From Octopus sinensis (lineage: Eukaryota): 64,000 nt of DNA. The stretch lies in NCBI RefSeq assembly GCF_006345805.1, contig NC_042997.1:48298001-48362000 (forward strand). The letters run 5' to 3'. Position numbers and translations under genes: made by a program. Below are positions 13,362 to 26,767 of the stretch, piece by piece (position 1 is the first letter of the stretch; each line of letters opens with the position of its first letter). The notes under the pieces are model-generated. The model saw nothing but the letters and a program-made list of their open reading frames with translations. It had not been told where the DNA came from and made no database searches.

Positions 13362-13598
13362 GAATAAGTGCTATAGATGGACCGCAGTTAAGTTCCAGGT
13401 TCGGTGATTATGCGAATAAGGGGTTCAACGTTGGTCATATGTCAGTATGTGTATATAAAAATTTTATTCCATAATGAGATAAAAAGACCAAGGCTGTGTA
13501 GATTTTAGAACAGTTATAGATAGAATGTCTTACAGCTGTTTCCAGGATATTTATTATATCCCTTCATCTGAGACGGTGTGAGAGGATGGTTAAGTAAT
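13362..13598 (-). mobile_element. Interspersed repeat carrying F2 motif (second copy)
   Basis: Aligns to 7376-7618 at roughly 80% by eye. Confidence 0.6.
13527..13574 (-). ncRNA. Decayed hammerhead motif (family F2)
   Basis: gtct CAGATGA agggatat-aataa-atatcctg GAA acagctgt A agac. U4 is mutated; stem III is a perfect palindrome. Confidence 0.55.
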
Positions 13599-14769
13599 AA
13601 GGGACGGTGTGGGAGGCTGGTTGTTAAATAAAACGCACAATCACACACACATACACCCACACATACCCACACACACATACATATGCACCCTCACACATAC
13701 ATACGATTGCTCTCTCTCTCTCTCTCACACACACACACCACAAGGACAATTAAAACAACACAAACATACTCAGACAGACACAAAATATTTCTAAAAATGT
13801 GAAACCGGTCAAGTGAATAAACACTTTTCAAATTGCATTTTCAAACCTTCTTTCATATATATTTCCACTCGTGCGGTACCTTATAATTTCACTTTGTTAT
13901 ATATATATATATATACGCTTCGTCCTTCTTCCCCCCTCTCTACCACATTTATTTGCCTTTCTTACTCACTTTTCACTTCACTATGTCCCTGTCTTTCTTT
14001 TTTTCTCGTCACTCCTTGATTCTTCTGTCTATCTGCTTCTACATTTCTCTTTCACTTTCTCTCTCTCTCTTATCCTCCCTCTCCTTAATTTTTTTGTTCC
14101 TATTTTTCTCTCTCTTCTCTTCTCACATGACCCATAGGCCAGACAGCTAGCTCTTTTACGTCTGAACGTGGTCACTGCCACATAGATATTCTTAGCCTCT
14201 GCCGTAAGGCTACATTTCCACACACGCCAGCTGAATGAATTCAATGCGTCCCCATTCGAAAGACGCCTGTTGTTATGTCCAGTTATTATCATTATTGTTA
14301 TTATTATCATTATTACTATTACTATTATTATTAGTATTATTATTATTATAGTATTTTTGTATTGATATTCGTGTAACATCGTCTGTTTTCCCGTTCTTCT
14401 TTTCTTATACATTAGATGCTTCTTTCCAAGGAATTTAATGCTCTTAGCTTAGTTTTTCCTTGGGGCTGGCCAGATCGGAGCAATCTCAAGATTAATCAGC
14501 CGAAACTGCGAGGATGATCCGGTTCTTGACTGAGGATAAAAGGCTTCGAATGACCCGTGCTTGTTTCTTTCTATCGTCTATCTGGATGTTTTGCTGTCCC
14601 TTTTTGTATCATCTACTGGTCCGGATGTTTTGCGTTCTTGTCCCATCTATATATATTTATCAGTGTGATGAAAGTCAAGAATAATGTACATAGTACTTCG
14701 GTTTCTTTTCGACATTGTCTCTATAACTACTACAACGTCTGTATTATTTGAGAAAACGTTAAAAAAATA

Positions 14770-15040
14770 TTTCATGCAGAAATAGATCATCCGCGAAGGT
14801 CATAACTGATTTTATCGATGGATCATTTAAAGATTTATTACAAATTCCACATAGTCTGGGATCTTTAATCGCATAAAGGGGAATACTTGAATGTCTGATT
14901 AGTTGTTGGCCCTGTGACATGATTCCATAACTTTCATTTTTGTCTCTTTGTAACAATGTTGCTTTCAGTCATGTGTTCATGCTAATAAAATATTGGAGTT
15001 GTTTTTCCATATCAAAAGCTTTTAGCTTTATCAAATTCTC
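14770..15040 (-). mobile_element. Degraded L1/Tx1-like RT fragment
   Basis: KAFD-like motif (frameshifted), PLYAIKDPRLC and MTFADDL. Confidence 0.45.
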
Positions 15041-15089
15041 GCAATAGCATTATGTCACGAGTTCCCATCGCAAAAATATGAGAAGATGC

Positions 15090-15480
15090 ACCATTAAATG
15101 CTTCAGCTTTTTACAAATGTCACTGGCTAATTGTTGATATTACTGTCATCATTGCAAGAATCAATGTTGGTGTGATTGACGGCTTCTCAACAAAGGAGTG
15201 ATGTTTATCGAAACAAGCTTTCCCAAATCCAACAAAATGCTCGACTGAAATATTTTCTTGAACGCATTTGAATTTGCGTTGTTGATCTGTATGTCAACCA
15301 TTAAACGTATCAAAATTATCTTGCTCTCTTTGATTCAATGACAATTTTTAGCAGCTTTTTTCAGTTTATTATACTTTATGATGTTTAGAAGTGATTCAAA
15401 ATATTATTAAACATCTACAGTCCAACAAAGGATAAACTGATAAAAGAAAATATATTTCGTAAAATGTATGTTGAGCAGTC
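15090..15480 (-). pseudogene. Second, diverged Helitron helicase fragment
   Basis: About 70% similar to 17560-17770 (tatgtc.accat...ttgattcaat...tttatgatg.ttagaagtgattcaaaata.tattaaa). Confidence 0.55.
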
Positions 15481-16106
15481 AGTGATACTTGTCCCTCTAA
15501 ATGGTAATTGTCACCAAGCTGTGGAAGTCAATGATGTACTACAGAAGACTTATGACTGGAAGAATTATAATTGATTAATTTTACCAAAGAAAAATTATTG
15601 AAATGAACAACTGTTGACATGCAGCAGAAAATAATTTCCGATATGTGCAACACTATCTTTCATTCACGTTTGGATTCTCAAATTGAGAAACCTTCGTATT
15701 TCCCACTTTTACTTTCTTCCTACTTTATTTTCGGTCGTGTCTTTATTCCTTCTTACCAGTCAGGTATTTTTCTTTCTCATCACGAATATTTATCCATATG
15801 TATATGTGTAGAAATATAAGAAAGTGTTTCGATAGGAAATATATCAAAGGTTAATTATATCAATGCATACCTTATTAAGTGCGATGCGGATATGGGTACA
15901 GAAACAAAAGGGAAAATTCCTGATAAAGGGAATATAGCTTTCACCAAAGAGAAAGAATTTTTCTAAGAAGTGTGCAGAAGGGGTGACAATTTTTCAATAC
16001 GGTTAGAATATCTTACACAGTATATTAATTTCAATGAAACTAATATGACCGTATGCTATAACAATTCTACGAAAGACATATCTTCCTCCGCAGCCAGTAC
16101 AGCTGT

Positions 16107-16357
16107 AATGGTATGGTCATAGCTGCAATGTCTTTTCAACATATGTTTTTACTATACATGAAGCTAAACAACCTTATTATTTCGTGGAAGATACGAACTT
16201 CGGAAAATAAAATTTTAAGCAGTTTTATAAGTTTAAATACATACACCTATATAAATAATCAATTTACGTTTAGGGCCGGTATGTTTTATTTATTCAAGTT
16301 CAACACTGCTATTTTGCAACAAGTAAGTCAGTTAATAACTTCAACCCTGAACCAAAT
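16107..16357. repeat. 251-bp direct duplicate of 17328-17578
   Basis: Near-identical sequence with only a handful of substitutions. Confidence 0.92.
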
Positions 16358-17219
16358 ATATAGAATAAATGAAAGTATCATTCTGGAAAAAAAATTTTCA
16401 AAGTAAATAATTTGATTTCTAGGAAAGCTGACAATACATACATATTATGGCGAAAAGATGTCAATTCAAATGGTTGAGATCAAGGTCAAAGTGAATCTAG
16501 AGCTGTTATATATTGTAAACGAAGTAAACACCCAACTAAATCAATACATAATAATAAGCATGCTATTTTTTCGACAAGATATAAATTTATATTTTCACGC
16601 ATACACATACGCGAAACATGAAGATGCTTAAATTGTCAGACTACAGTATAGCGGTGGTCGGAAATAGTATTATAAATTCATGATTTACTGACATCAGTCG
16701 CATAATTCGTCCCAAATTCACGTATTTTTACAGCTATATGGATCCAGCATGCAATACTAGACTGATCAGAATATGAAAGACTAAGGAAAGATCCGTTGAT
16801 TGAGCACTATCCGTACAGTCAACAAGTGATCGAAGCGATTCGCATTAAATGCCTTCTTTTCTTCCTTTTCCATACAATTTTAGTGACTGCGAATAGACCA
16901 CTCCATAATTTGCATATGTGTAGGCGAGTTATGTTATACTTGTGCTTGTAAATGATTTTGATCCATATCTAAGGTTATGAAGCCAAAAGATGGAGAGAAA
17001 AATATCATCTTAAATATTTTGAGTAATGAGAATTTCTCAACTGTATTGTTCTCTTCTTTCTCACTATGCCATATATACACATTAATTCATCTTCCATTAT
17101 GCATTAATTTAATCTATTTTCCCATGTGAAATATGTATTTAAGGAAGAAGGAAGACATATGCGAATAAGAAATTAGCACAGTAACTGTCAGCTTATTCTG
17201 CTAGTTTCAAATATAGAAT

Positions 17220-20200
17220 TGCTGTCACTTCAATGCGAAGAATCTAAGTGGCCGTTCGACTTGTTGGAAATTGCAGCTAAATCTCCATCAGACCATATTC
17301 TACTCTGTTTAGTTTGTACTACCCGACAATGGTATGGTCATAGCTGGAATGTCTTTTCAACATATGTTTTTACTTTACCTGAAGCTAAACAACCTTATTA
17401 TTTCGTGGAAGATACGTACTTCGGAAAATAAAATTTTAAGCAGTTTTATAAGTTTAAATACATACACCTATATAAATAATCAATTTACGTTTAGGGCCGG
17501 TATGTTTTATTTATTCAAGTTCAACAATGCTATTTTGCAACAAGTAAGTCAGTTAATAACTTCAACCTTGAACCAAATCTATTCTACGTCATTCATTGGG
17601 ATAACTTTGATTTGTATGTCCACCATGAAATGCATAAAAATTGTGCTGCTGTGCTTGATTCAATTATGCTTTGTAACTGTTCGTTTCGATTTATTATCCG
17701 TTATGATGCTTAGAAGTGATTCAAAATACTATTAAAAATATACAGACGAACAGGGTATAAGATGAAAGAAAGTCTATCAAAAGTTTCATCTAAAACACAG
17801 CTGTTGGAGAGAAAGAGCCCTCTCAAAATTGTCTGGACATGGGCGAAATAATTGTAAATCAAATTATTTCATTTCAGTTTGTAATTTTATATTAAAATAT
17901 CAAAGTAGTCACAAAGTCATACAGTAAGCCCATATCCGATGTTTGAACTGTAGGAATACTTAAATGCAAATTTATTGAAGATTTTAATTTGTTCACTTTA
18001 TATACTTTGTCCGAATTCATTGGTCAAAAGTATTATTCGTCGAAGTCAAATTTTTAATATTCCCAAATCTGTACTAAATATCTATAACGAAGTCTAAAAA
18101 CAATACGAAGCATTCATTTGCAGATGTTTGTGGAAGAATATGCATTTATATTATTCGCTCAAGGAATATTTATCATTTATCTGTGTTGCTTTTAAGCTGT
18201 ATTGCTATCAGAGTTCTGAGCCAGCTCGTTTGCTTCATCCCAAATTATGATTAATACACAATTTGCGTGTTTGCATATGGTTTTGAAGAAGCTGAGTGGA
18301 GTAAGAAGCCGTTAACAGATTTACACTACTTTATAATCTATGGAGAAATCGACGGCGGACTTGTTTAGCAGCATATTCCAAACTGTACTGACTTTTTATA
18401 TGTATACTTTTTTCTTAGAATAACTACTTGTGCAGATAAATTCTGCATGACTACATGTACTACTAAGTTTCTGGGCGTCAATATAGTCACTGTAAAAGTT
18501 CATATATAATTACGTAGTTCTTTGAATAAACACATGTGAGGCAAACTAGCATAAAGTGATATAACTTTATCTAGAGTTCCGAGAAAAGAACTTGGTTTGA
18601 ACTTTTCCATTTAACTCATTCTTCAATTAAAACTATATTTTAAACATATTCGCTTCTACAATGAGTAGAAAATTCATTTGTGGCAGTTTCTTTAATCATT
18701 GCAGACTTCGTTTCTAACCGACTTGTTGCTTGTTCTATACTGTGACTAATCGAATCACATATTTATTCATAACCCTATGCTTTTAAATATCGGAGAAATA
18801 ATCTTAAGGAATTATTTATCCCTCGTCTTTGTTCAAAGTAGTACTCTGAATGTTATGGATCGTTTCGCTGCATAACTGTTTATTCCAGCATATAGAAAAG
18901 ATAAAGAAAATTTATCAGTTTAACAGGTATAATTTGTAGAGTCAACGCGTATGCAATGCACTTAACCCTATTCATTTTAGCTATCATCTTATTATAGAGC
19001 GTCTTCATAAAGACTTTATCAAATCGTTACGCATGTTACAGCACGTTGCATTTCAGTCTCGGTAATAGATACTGCTTTACTCAAGTATGATGTATGACAA
19101 ACAACGTAATATCTTAAAAAAACAATGGCTATTATTTTTATTTATTTATACTTGAAGAACACTAATCTGTACCCCTCCTTTGTTTTGTTTTTTTCGAACA
19201 ATGAAGTGCGCCAACGTTACGAGTTAGAACCATCCCATTTGACATTCTTTATCATTTCCGAAATTATTAGGCCAAGCAAGAAACATTTTTCATTGGACTA
19301 AAAAAATTGACAAGGAAAAGACCTCTCTGCATATTTATGTGAGTTTCACTTTACGTGTATGAATCTTTATGAAATGTTCGAAACCATTTTTTGGATAACA
19401 CCAGCCATCGGACCGATTTGCATAAATCAAAGAAGAGGAACGAATCAGTGTTGTTTGTGGTGAACCAGCCATGACGGGTTTCGCAAATACGTTTAACTCA
19501 TTTATTCTACATTGTTACTGTAGAATGACATCCAGCTTCATCCCTTAAGAAACAGACAAAACCATTTTGAATATCAAGGTTTCTTTCAAAGATAACAGCT
19601 ATGAATCTACTGGGTATTCTGTATGTGCATCAATGATCGCTTATAATCTTACTGTATCATAATTTTGTTGACGATAGTCTCTTCAACTTCCACTGCCTGT
19701 GCACCCACCACAGTTATTTTATTGTCAGTAACTACTAAGCTTAAATTAGATACTTGTAAGCTTTAAGCTTGTTTCATCTCTGATGCAACCATAGCAGCCC
19801 CGTCTCGATGTTCTGGGCTGATAATAGGTACCAAGCGCTCAGAGAATTACATCTCTGGCGCATTGGATATTGTGAATTTGCCGAGTGATAAGTAAGCTTT
19901 CAATCGCTAATATCTTAAAACATTTTATTCAATTAACAACTTATTCTATTTTCTATTTGTATCACCGAGCTAGTTTCTTCTCCTGTTTTACTGCATGCTA
20001 TTTCTAATCAGAAAAGAAGTATATAGTATTTCAAGCATATAACATCAAACTTTAACTGAAAATTGCTTTGCAATATGGAATAGAAAGTATGTAGCTTACT
20101 ATGACACAAATTCTATGCAACTCCGTTATGAGAGGGTCTGCAGCAGCAGTAATTCACGAAGCAATTATATAGTTGTTTGTACCACTGCAGGCAGTATTAG

Positions 20201-20300
20201 TGTATGACAAGAATATATTATAATAATTTGATATGGGCCAATGAAATTTGTTTCTTAATCGACTTCCTTCTTTCAACAAACAAGTTATATAAGTGCAATT
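17220..20300 (-). pseudogene. Fossil Helitron RepHel coding region
   Basis: Collinear degenerate motifs at the expected spacing: NDKECQMG (about 19245, cf. NDEITQYQMGRY), GIAA (about 18370, motif Ia), LIIIWDEA (18231-18254, motif II), AMTI..SG (17321-17344, motif V), SNGHL (17244-17259, cf. SHGQLY, motif VI). Confidence 0.72.
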
Positions 20301-20864
20301 CTTTTTCAACAGCAGTATGCGAAATATATTATTGGTTATAGTATCCAACATTTGTTAATTTCAGTATAGACATATTAGGCGTGAAACTTACACATATTCG
20401 GAATTGTAACTTGTGAACTCCTACTCGATCACGTATTATCAGAAAGAAGGTTATGGTCTCAATCTTTGGGGTGTTTTCTTATAGTTCAGGGGACTAGTGA
20501 TGCCAAATGCATCGCAGAAACCTTGGAAGGTTGATAAAAAAAAAGTAATGAATTCACAAAAGTTTCCAAGATTATCCGCCAAATTTGTAAAAATACAAAT
20601 AAACATGAGATTCACCTTTTATTGTTGTCAAAGGAAGCAGAAACATGTTTTATAATGTTCAAAAGATGCTGCTTTGGTAGAATTGGTTCAGAGGAGGGGA
20701 TGTTCGTAACACCTGCAGTACAAATAGTGATGCCACCGACAATATAATTAATATCAAGTTCCATACAGCTCTGTTTGAGGGTCCTTATTTGTAATGATCA
20801 CATTTTACTTGGAATATCATGAACATTAAATATAAATCAGGGGTCTTATCCGGAACAGTCAATC

Positions 20865-21786
20865 GTTAGTTAGTTAGTTAATTTTTTGGCTAAAAAAGCA
20901 AAAAGCAAAGCCATGTAGGGGGACATGGAGTTATGTACATGGTGGTGTTCATGTAAAGAGTTCAGGCCACTTGTGATCAAGGGAGACTTTGAACCGAGCG
21001 GTCGTCGGCATCTTCACCATCTCGTCCGGCAGCTTATTCCACGGATCCGCAACCCGGACGGAGAAAGCCCCTCTCCTTCGATTGAGATGAAATCGTCGAA
21101 GATAGAGCTTTTCGGAATGACCTCGCAGCCGACGCTCTGGAGCAGGAGTGAAGAACAGCTCTTTCTAGAGGTTACACTTTCCGCTTATGATGTTGTGAAC
21201 AAGAATGAGATCACCACGGCGTTGTCGCTTTTCTAGAGAATAAAGGTCGAGCGTCTTCAGCCTTTCTTCATAAGACAAATTCTTGAGACCAAGAACCATG
21301 CGGGTAGCCAGCTTCTGGACTCTTTCGAGGTGCTGTATGTCTTTGAGGAGATAAGGAGAAGAGGCTTGAATCTCGTACTCCAATATGGGTCTTACCAGCG
21401 TGACATAGAGCGGTAGGAATATGGCTGCTGTGAGCATTCTGAATGACCGTCGAATCAAGAACAGAATTCCGCGTGCTTTGTTGGCAGCATGGACGCACTG
21501 GACCGAAGGCGAACAGGAGGAATCCACCAAGATACCCAGGTCCTTTACCTGGTCGGTCCTCTCCAGCAGCGGACGACCCGGCTCGAAATCAAGTTGAGTT
21601 GCAGGAGGAGAGCCAACAGGCAGATGACAGCACTTTGACACGTACAGACCATCTCCAAATTTGGTGGAGGCATCGACGAAGATCCTCTATATCACCGCGA
21701 GGAGCGACCAGTTTGACATCGTCGGCAAATAGAAGCGTGTGTTGCGTGAGGTCGTCGGGCAAGTCATTTATGAAGACTAAGAACAA
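20865..21786 (-). mobile_element. CR1-group LINE, 5'-truncated (RT C-terminal part, 3' UTR, (ACTA)n tail)
   Basis: LFLVFINDLPDD...LLFADDVKL (21589-21786) and KDLGILVD...YVTLVRPILEY...ERVQKLATR...LDLYSLEKRQRRGDLI (21165-21641); ttagttagttag tail at 20865-20880. Confidence 0.9.
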
Positions 21787-23214
21787 TACTTATCTTCTTT
21801 AAAAAGTGGGATTTCTATTGCGGCAAAACAGATTACGTGGAACATATGTGTACCTAGGTTTCAAGGGACTTCATAATCTGTTGATGGATACTCTCATCAC
21901 GAGAGGCCGTGTAATTGACTCAGTTGCCTGACAATAGATATGTCAACTAAGAAAGTGGGTTAGTGTGTTTTAAATCAATTTTTGTTAAACATACGAAATA
22001 TGTGTATAAATTAGTGTCATATTTTGTTTGGGAACATTTAAGTGCAAAGTCTTCATATACTAATCAATTCTGCTCTTCTTAGTGTGATGTTATCAGAATT
22101 TGTCTTCTCGCATTAAAATTTAAGTATTAATATTCAGTAAAATTGGCAGCTCTCCAGACAACAAAAGAAAACTGTCTCCATTCATTTGTACTGAATCTTC
22201 AAAATAAACAAGTCTTGATCATTTCAAAATTCAAAATATACAACAATCAGACAAGATGAAGTCTTTGATTCAGTTCATTATTTTGAAAACAACATTGTTA
22301 TTATTTTACACTTACCGTGACGTTCAATACTTTAAGTAGGTGAGAATTTGCATGTAATTTTCATATTATTACCAGGAGTATCAGAGGCGAATACGAACTA
22401 ACTTACCATCAATTAGAACCACACACTATATGCTTGTCTCATTTGAAGGTGAAATTAACTCTATTAACGTGGTGCTCGATGAGCATAATACATAAAACCT
22501 CGCTATATAATAAATGTTTATACATCGGAGGCGGTTGTTACGAACGCCTATTGATTTATCAACGGATAAATACAAACATACATGTATGAAAAGAAAGACA
22601 TGGGCTAGATTGTGTGATAGAGAAATAAGTATAACTATTTAAATAGCACATATACATATGAATATAACGCTTAGAACAGGGCATACATAGTCATGGGGGG
22701 GGGGGGTAAATATATTTTCATCCTATTTCATAGTTTATGTCGAACAGTAGAAAAAATGGAAAACATTATTAGTTTCATATTTACAATGCTTCAACCATAA
22801 ATGTCAATCAAATGTATGCTCAAAGTAATAGCCATTTTTTTTTTGGCAATTAACTGTTTCATGACACTGCAGTATGAAAGAAACTATGCAAGAATAGAAA
22901 TGAGGTTTAGCACGGGAAAGAAAAGGAAAGCAAAGAAAACGCCAAATTTGGTATTTAAATTTAGTTGAATTACAATAATTGTATGTATACCAAATTTCCT
23001 GATGTCATCCTTGGAGGCAAACGTACAATTTCATATAAGAGTTAACACTTTATATATATAATCAATCAATATTTCTTATTGAAAATTCAACAAAGTGATA
23101 TGAATACTAGTTTAAAAAAGGCGTGTAATCAGACATAGTTTATTAAGGGTTTCCATTCATTTTCATCTTCAGCCGCTAAAAGTATTTTATTGAGCGACAT
23201 CCCGCAGTCTGCCC

Positions 23215-23885
23215 TGATCAAATGGGGGTAATTTGTTCTTGGTTGCGCTTTCCTCTTTGTAGGATGTCAAGCAGCAGGCACTGTCGATAGCATTCATTGG
23301 ATGGGTGTCGTTGCTGGTGTCCTATCCATCGAATTCGGTATTCTTTTATCCTTCTACTCATTTGCCTTCCGTCAGGCATCTGAAACGTGATCGTTGTAGG
23401 ATATTTGACATATTTTCCACAATTTCTTGTGTGAAAAGTGTTCAGCATGGCCCTTTGCCGATTCGTATTCGTTACCCATGTCTTGCATCCATATGTAAAA
23501 ATCAGAAGACATAGCTTTGTACATGTTTATCTTCGTTGTTGGGTTGATGCCAGACGACCGCTGGTGTTCAGGCAGCGACATAGCTTCCCCTGTCGCACTC
23601 CTTCTGTCTATAATGTCACTCTCTGAGTTGTGAGAGAGATCAGTTGCAGTCCATCCAAGGTAAGTGAACTAGTCAACCCTGGATAGTTGCTTTCTATTTG
23701 CCAGGACGCCCGTTGTTTCATCTATGTTTATTTTAATGATGATGTACTCTGTCTTTGATTCATTTATTTCTAGCACCACAGTATTTGCTTCTCACATAAC
23801 ACGATCCGTGTAGTCCTGTACTTCTATGAGGCTAGGAGCAAAGAGAGCTATATCATTTGCAACTGACTCCTATAGCGAATTCCAT
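23215..23885 (-). mobile_element. Degraded RTE-clade LINE fragment
   Basis: DIALFAPS..EVQ...EAN.VVLEINESKTEY, TKINMYKA, and RIRWIGH motifs with frameshifts. Confidence 0.7.
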
Positions 23886-24679
23886 CTTCTGCGTGGATTA
23901 TATCATTCATCATACGATCCCACCAACACAAAGAAACCTATTGAGCAGTGAAGATGCTGAAGAAAGGAAGCCGAGAGCAAGATGTTCAACAGGTTTGCGA
24001 TGTGCATGGACATCTCTTGAATTGCATTTATATATATAAATATAAATGCATATACATATTTTCTCCGGCGAGTTAACTTGGGATTCCTTAAGTTCAATGT
24101 AACCTTCATTTAACAAAAATTTCTTCGGTGTGATGATTAGCTAGTGGAATACCCCTCATTGAGTAATTATTACCTCCGAGGTTCTGCTAATTAGGAAACA
24201 TATGTAGCCTGGAGTTTACCTGCTCCATTCCTTCAATTTGGATTTTTATTCGCTTTCATAGCAACCTAGATGCTAATCGTGAACTATGAAAAAGCTTTTT
24301 TCAGCTTATCGAACTTCGATCTGAGAAGACCTCACAACTTCCTATGCGAATAAAGTTGCTGAAAGTTGTTTTCTTATACCTAACACGGACTACTGGAAGC
24401 CCTGTGTGTGTGTGCGCGAGCGCGCGTCCGCATATAGAATATATATATATATACATGTATATGCATGCATGTATGTATGTATGTATGCATATATGTATGT
24501 ATGTATGTCTGTCTGTATGTATGTATATAGGAGAATATAAAAGGGGCAAAAATGCCAGAGAATCAGTATACACCACGCGGCAAAATTATGAAGTGAAAAT
24601 ATGTGGAAAACATGTATAAAAAAAGGCGGAAGAGAAACACAATTGTACAAAATCTCTGTTCACACCAGCAATTTAAAAA

Positions 24680-24848
24680 TGCAGACGACCTAATCGTGGT
24701 ACATGTCCAAGCCTAACTGAAGGCTTGGAATTCACATTCCACCCAGGAGAAATATCTTTAATTAAAACCAACTTCCCATGTGCATTTCAGAACCTGATTT
24801 ATGTCCTAACCTGCTCAGGTTGTGGCCACATATTTTTCCGTTATCCTA
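24680..24848 (+). mobile_element. PLE Cys-linker/GIY-YIG fragment
   Basis: KCRRPNRGTCPSLTEGLEFTF...IKTNFPCAFQNLIYVLTCSGCG, paralogous to 46270-46420. An inverted copy lies at 26368-26505. Confidence 0.8.
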
Positions 24849-25511
24849 TATATATATATATATATATATACATATTTCTTTGGTTTATTTAATTTATATT
24901 ACATTATATTGCCCAAGGATTTTTTCTTTGTCTATAATAATTCAATATTGACAAAATGTGGAACTAGTATTTTAAATTACACACAAATGTACATATAAAC
25001 ATACTTCTAGTATATATTATGAACTGAAAGAGACTTTTTGTACATTCCAATTTCAATTTCAATTTCCTTTTTCACAATTTTTCAAAATTGCAATTATTCT
25101 TATTTTTTCACATTTCCTGAGGAAATTACCACTCATTTCATATTCAATAACGCTGAGGAGGTAGGTGTCTCCCTTGCCACCTGTTGCCTCCCTTTATCCA
25201 CTCTCTCCACTTATTTTTACTAGTCCAGAAATCCAAAATGGCGTGATCTCAAGGAATTATCTTTTCACAATGACCCTTGAAAAGATAATTTAAATAAGGA
25301 AAGCCGGTTGGATATCACTACATTTTATGAGACTTTTACCATCCATAAAATATGTATATATATATTTTTATAAAAAGATATTAAAACTATGGGAGATGAA
25401 GGCATTTCTCTTCCGCCTTTTTATTGGTTTCCACATATTTTCAAATATATATATATGTGCGTGTGTGTGTTTGTGGGTGGATGCATGTTTATGTATAATA
25501 TATATGATATA

Positions 25512-26215
25512 AAGTTGACATGGCCCGCAGAATGTGTTCCTGGATTCTCAGAACTTTCCAGTCGAGAGATATCCACACCATTATCCTTCTCTTCTCCACT
25601 TTTGCCCGACCCCACCTTGAATACTGTTGTCCACTGTGGTCTCCCCACACAATACAAGGTATCATAAAAGTTGAAGCACCTCAAAGGGCAATCACAAAAA
25701 AGATAGATGGCATGACAGGCCTCGACTATTGGGGTCGACTAGAAAAGCTAAAACTCTATTCTCTCCAACGTCGTCGTGAGCGCTACATCATCTGCATGAT
25801 GTGGAAAATATTCCATCAGCATTGCCCAAATGATGTTGACATCACCTTCAAGGTACATCCAAGGCTTGGGCCCCGTGCCATCCGCCCAAAACAAAAATCG
25901 CACTCTCATCTCATAACAACAATACGGCACAATTATTTCACCTCAATTGGCCCCGCTCTCTTAACATTACACCAAAACACATTAAAACAGAAACTGACCC
26001 TATAGGGTTCAAGAAGTCTTTGGACAGATTCCTTCAAGAAATCCCGGATAAACCCCCTACACCCGGATATGTCTCTGTAAACAATAACTCTCTACTTGAG
26101 TGGGCCATAGTGCCCAAATTCTGACTTGAAAGACTTCACCAGGTGGTGCTATTAAGTTAGACATGGCCTGGGCCAATAATGGCCGAAACCTATCAAAGTA
26201 TCAAAGTATCAAAGT
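25512..26215 (+). mobile_element. CR1/L2-group LINE 3' fragment with (TATCAAAG)3 tail
   Basis: ORF 25520-26005: SWILRTF...FARPHLEYCCPLWSP...LKLYSLQRRRERY. An empty-site paralogue lies at 26811-26830. Confidence 0.88.
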
Positions 26216-26502
26216 ACTCTTTATATAAAAGATATATAGATATGTTTACACAATATTTGTGTAAATATATCTTATATGCACTCTAGAATATATTTGCATA
26301 AAGGAGTAAATACTTGATATATCACATGATCAAGTGATCAAAGCATGATGTAAGAAGATTCAATCTTTAGGATAACGGAAAAATATGTGGCCACAACATG
26401 AGCAGGTTAGAACATAAATCAGGTTCTGAAATGCACATGGGAAGTTGGTTTTAATTAAAGATATTTCTCCTGGGTGGAATGTGAATTCCAAGCCTTCAGT
26501 TA

Positions 26503-26714
26503 GGCGTGATCTCAAGGAATTATCTTTTCACAATGACCCTTGAAAAGATAATTTAAATAAGGAAAGCCGGTTGGATATCACTACATTTTATGAGACTTTT
26601 ACCATCCATAAAATATGTATATATATATTGTTATAAAAAGATATTAAAACTATGGGAGATGAAGGCATTTCTCTTCCGCCTTTTTATTGGTTTCCACATA
26701 TTTTCAAATATATA

Positions 26715-26767
<53 letters not shown>

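Noticed and set aside
17219-17431. Plus-strand ORF that looked like a duplicated host exon
   Set aside because: It is the antisense of Helitron helicase motifs V-VI and has no splice signals.
20094-20120. Plus-strand YYDTNS resembling the family B polymerase YxDTDS motif (Maverick)
   Set aside because: No convincing motif A or B in frame, and the minus strand is better explained by collinear Helitron motifs.
24295-24350. Degenerate ggtc-ttctca-gatc-gaa hammerhead-like hairpin (minus strand)
   Set aside because: Core and stem III are too degraded to distinguish from chance.
26165-26195. ggcc-aataat-ggcc-GAAAC in the LINE 3' UTR as a hammerhead
   Set aside because: No CTGANGA core; more likely the ordinary LINE 3' stem-loop.
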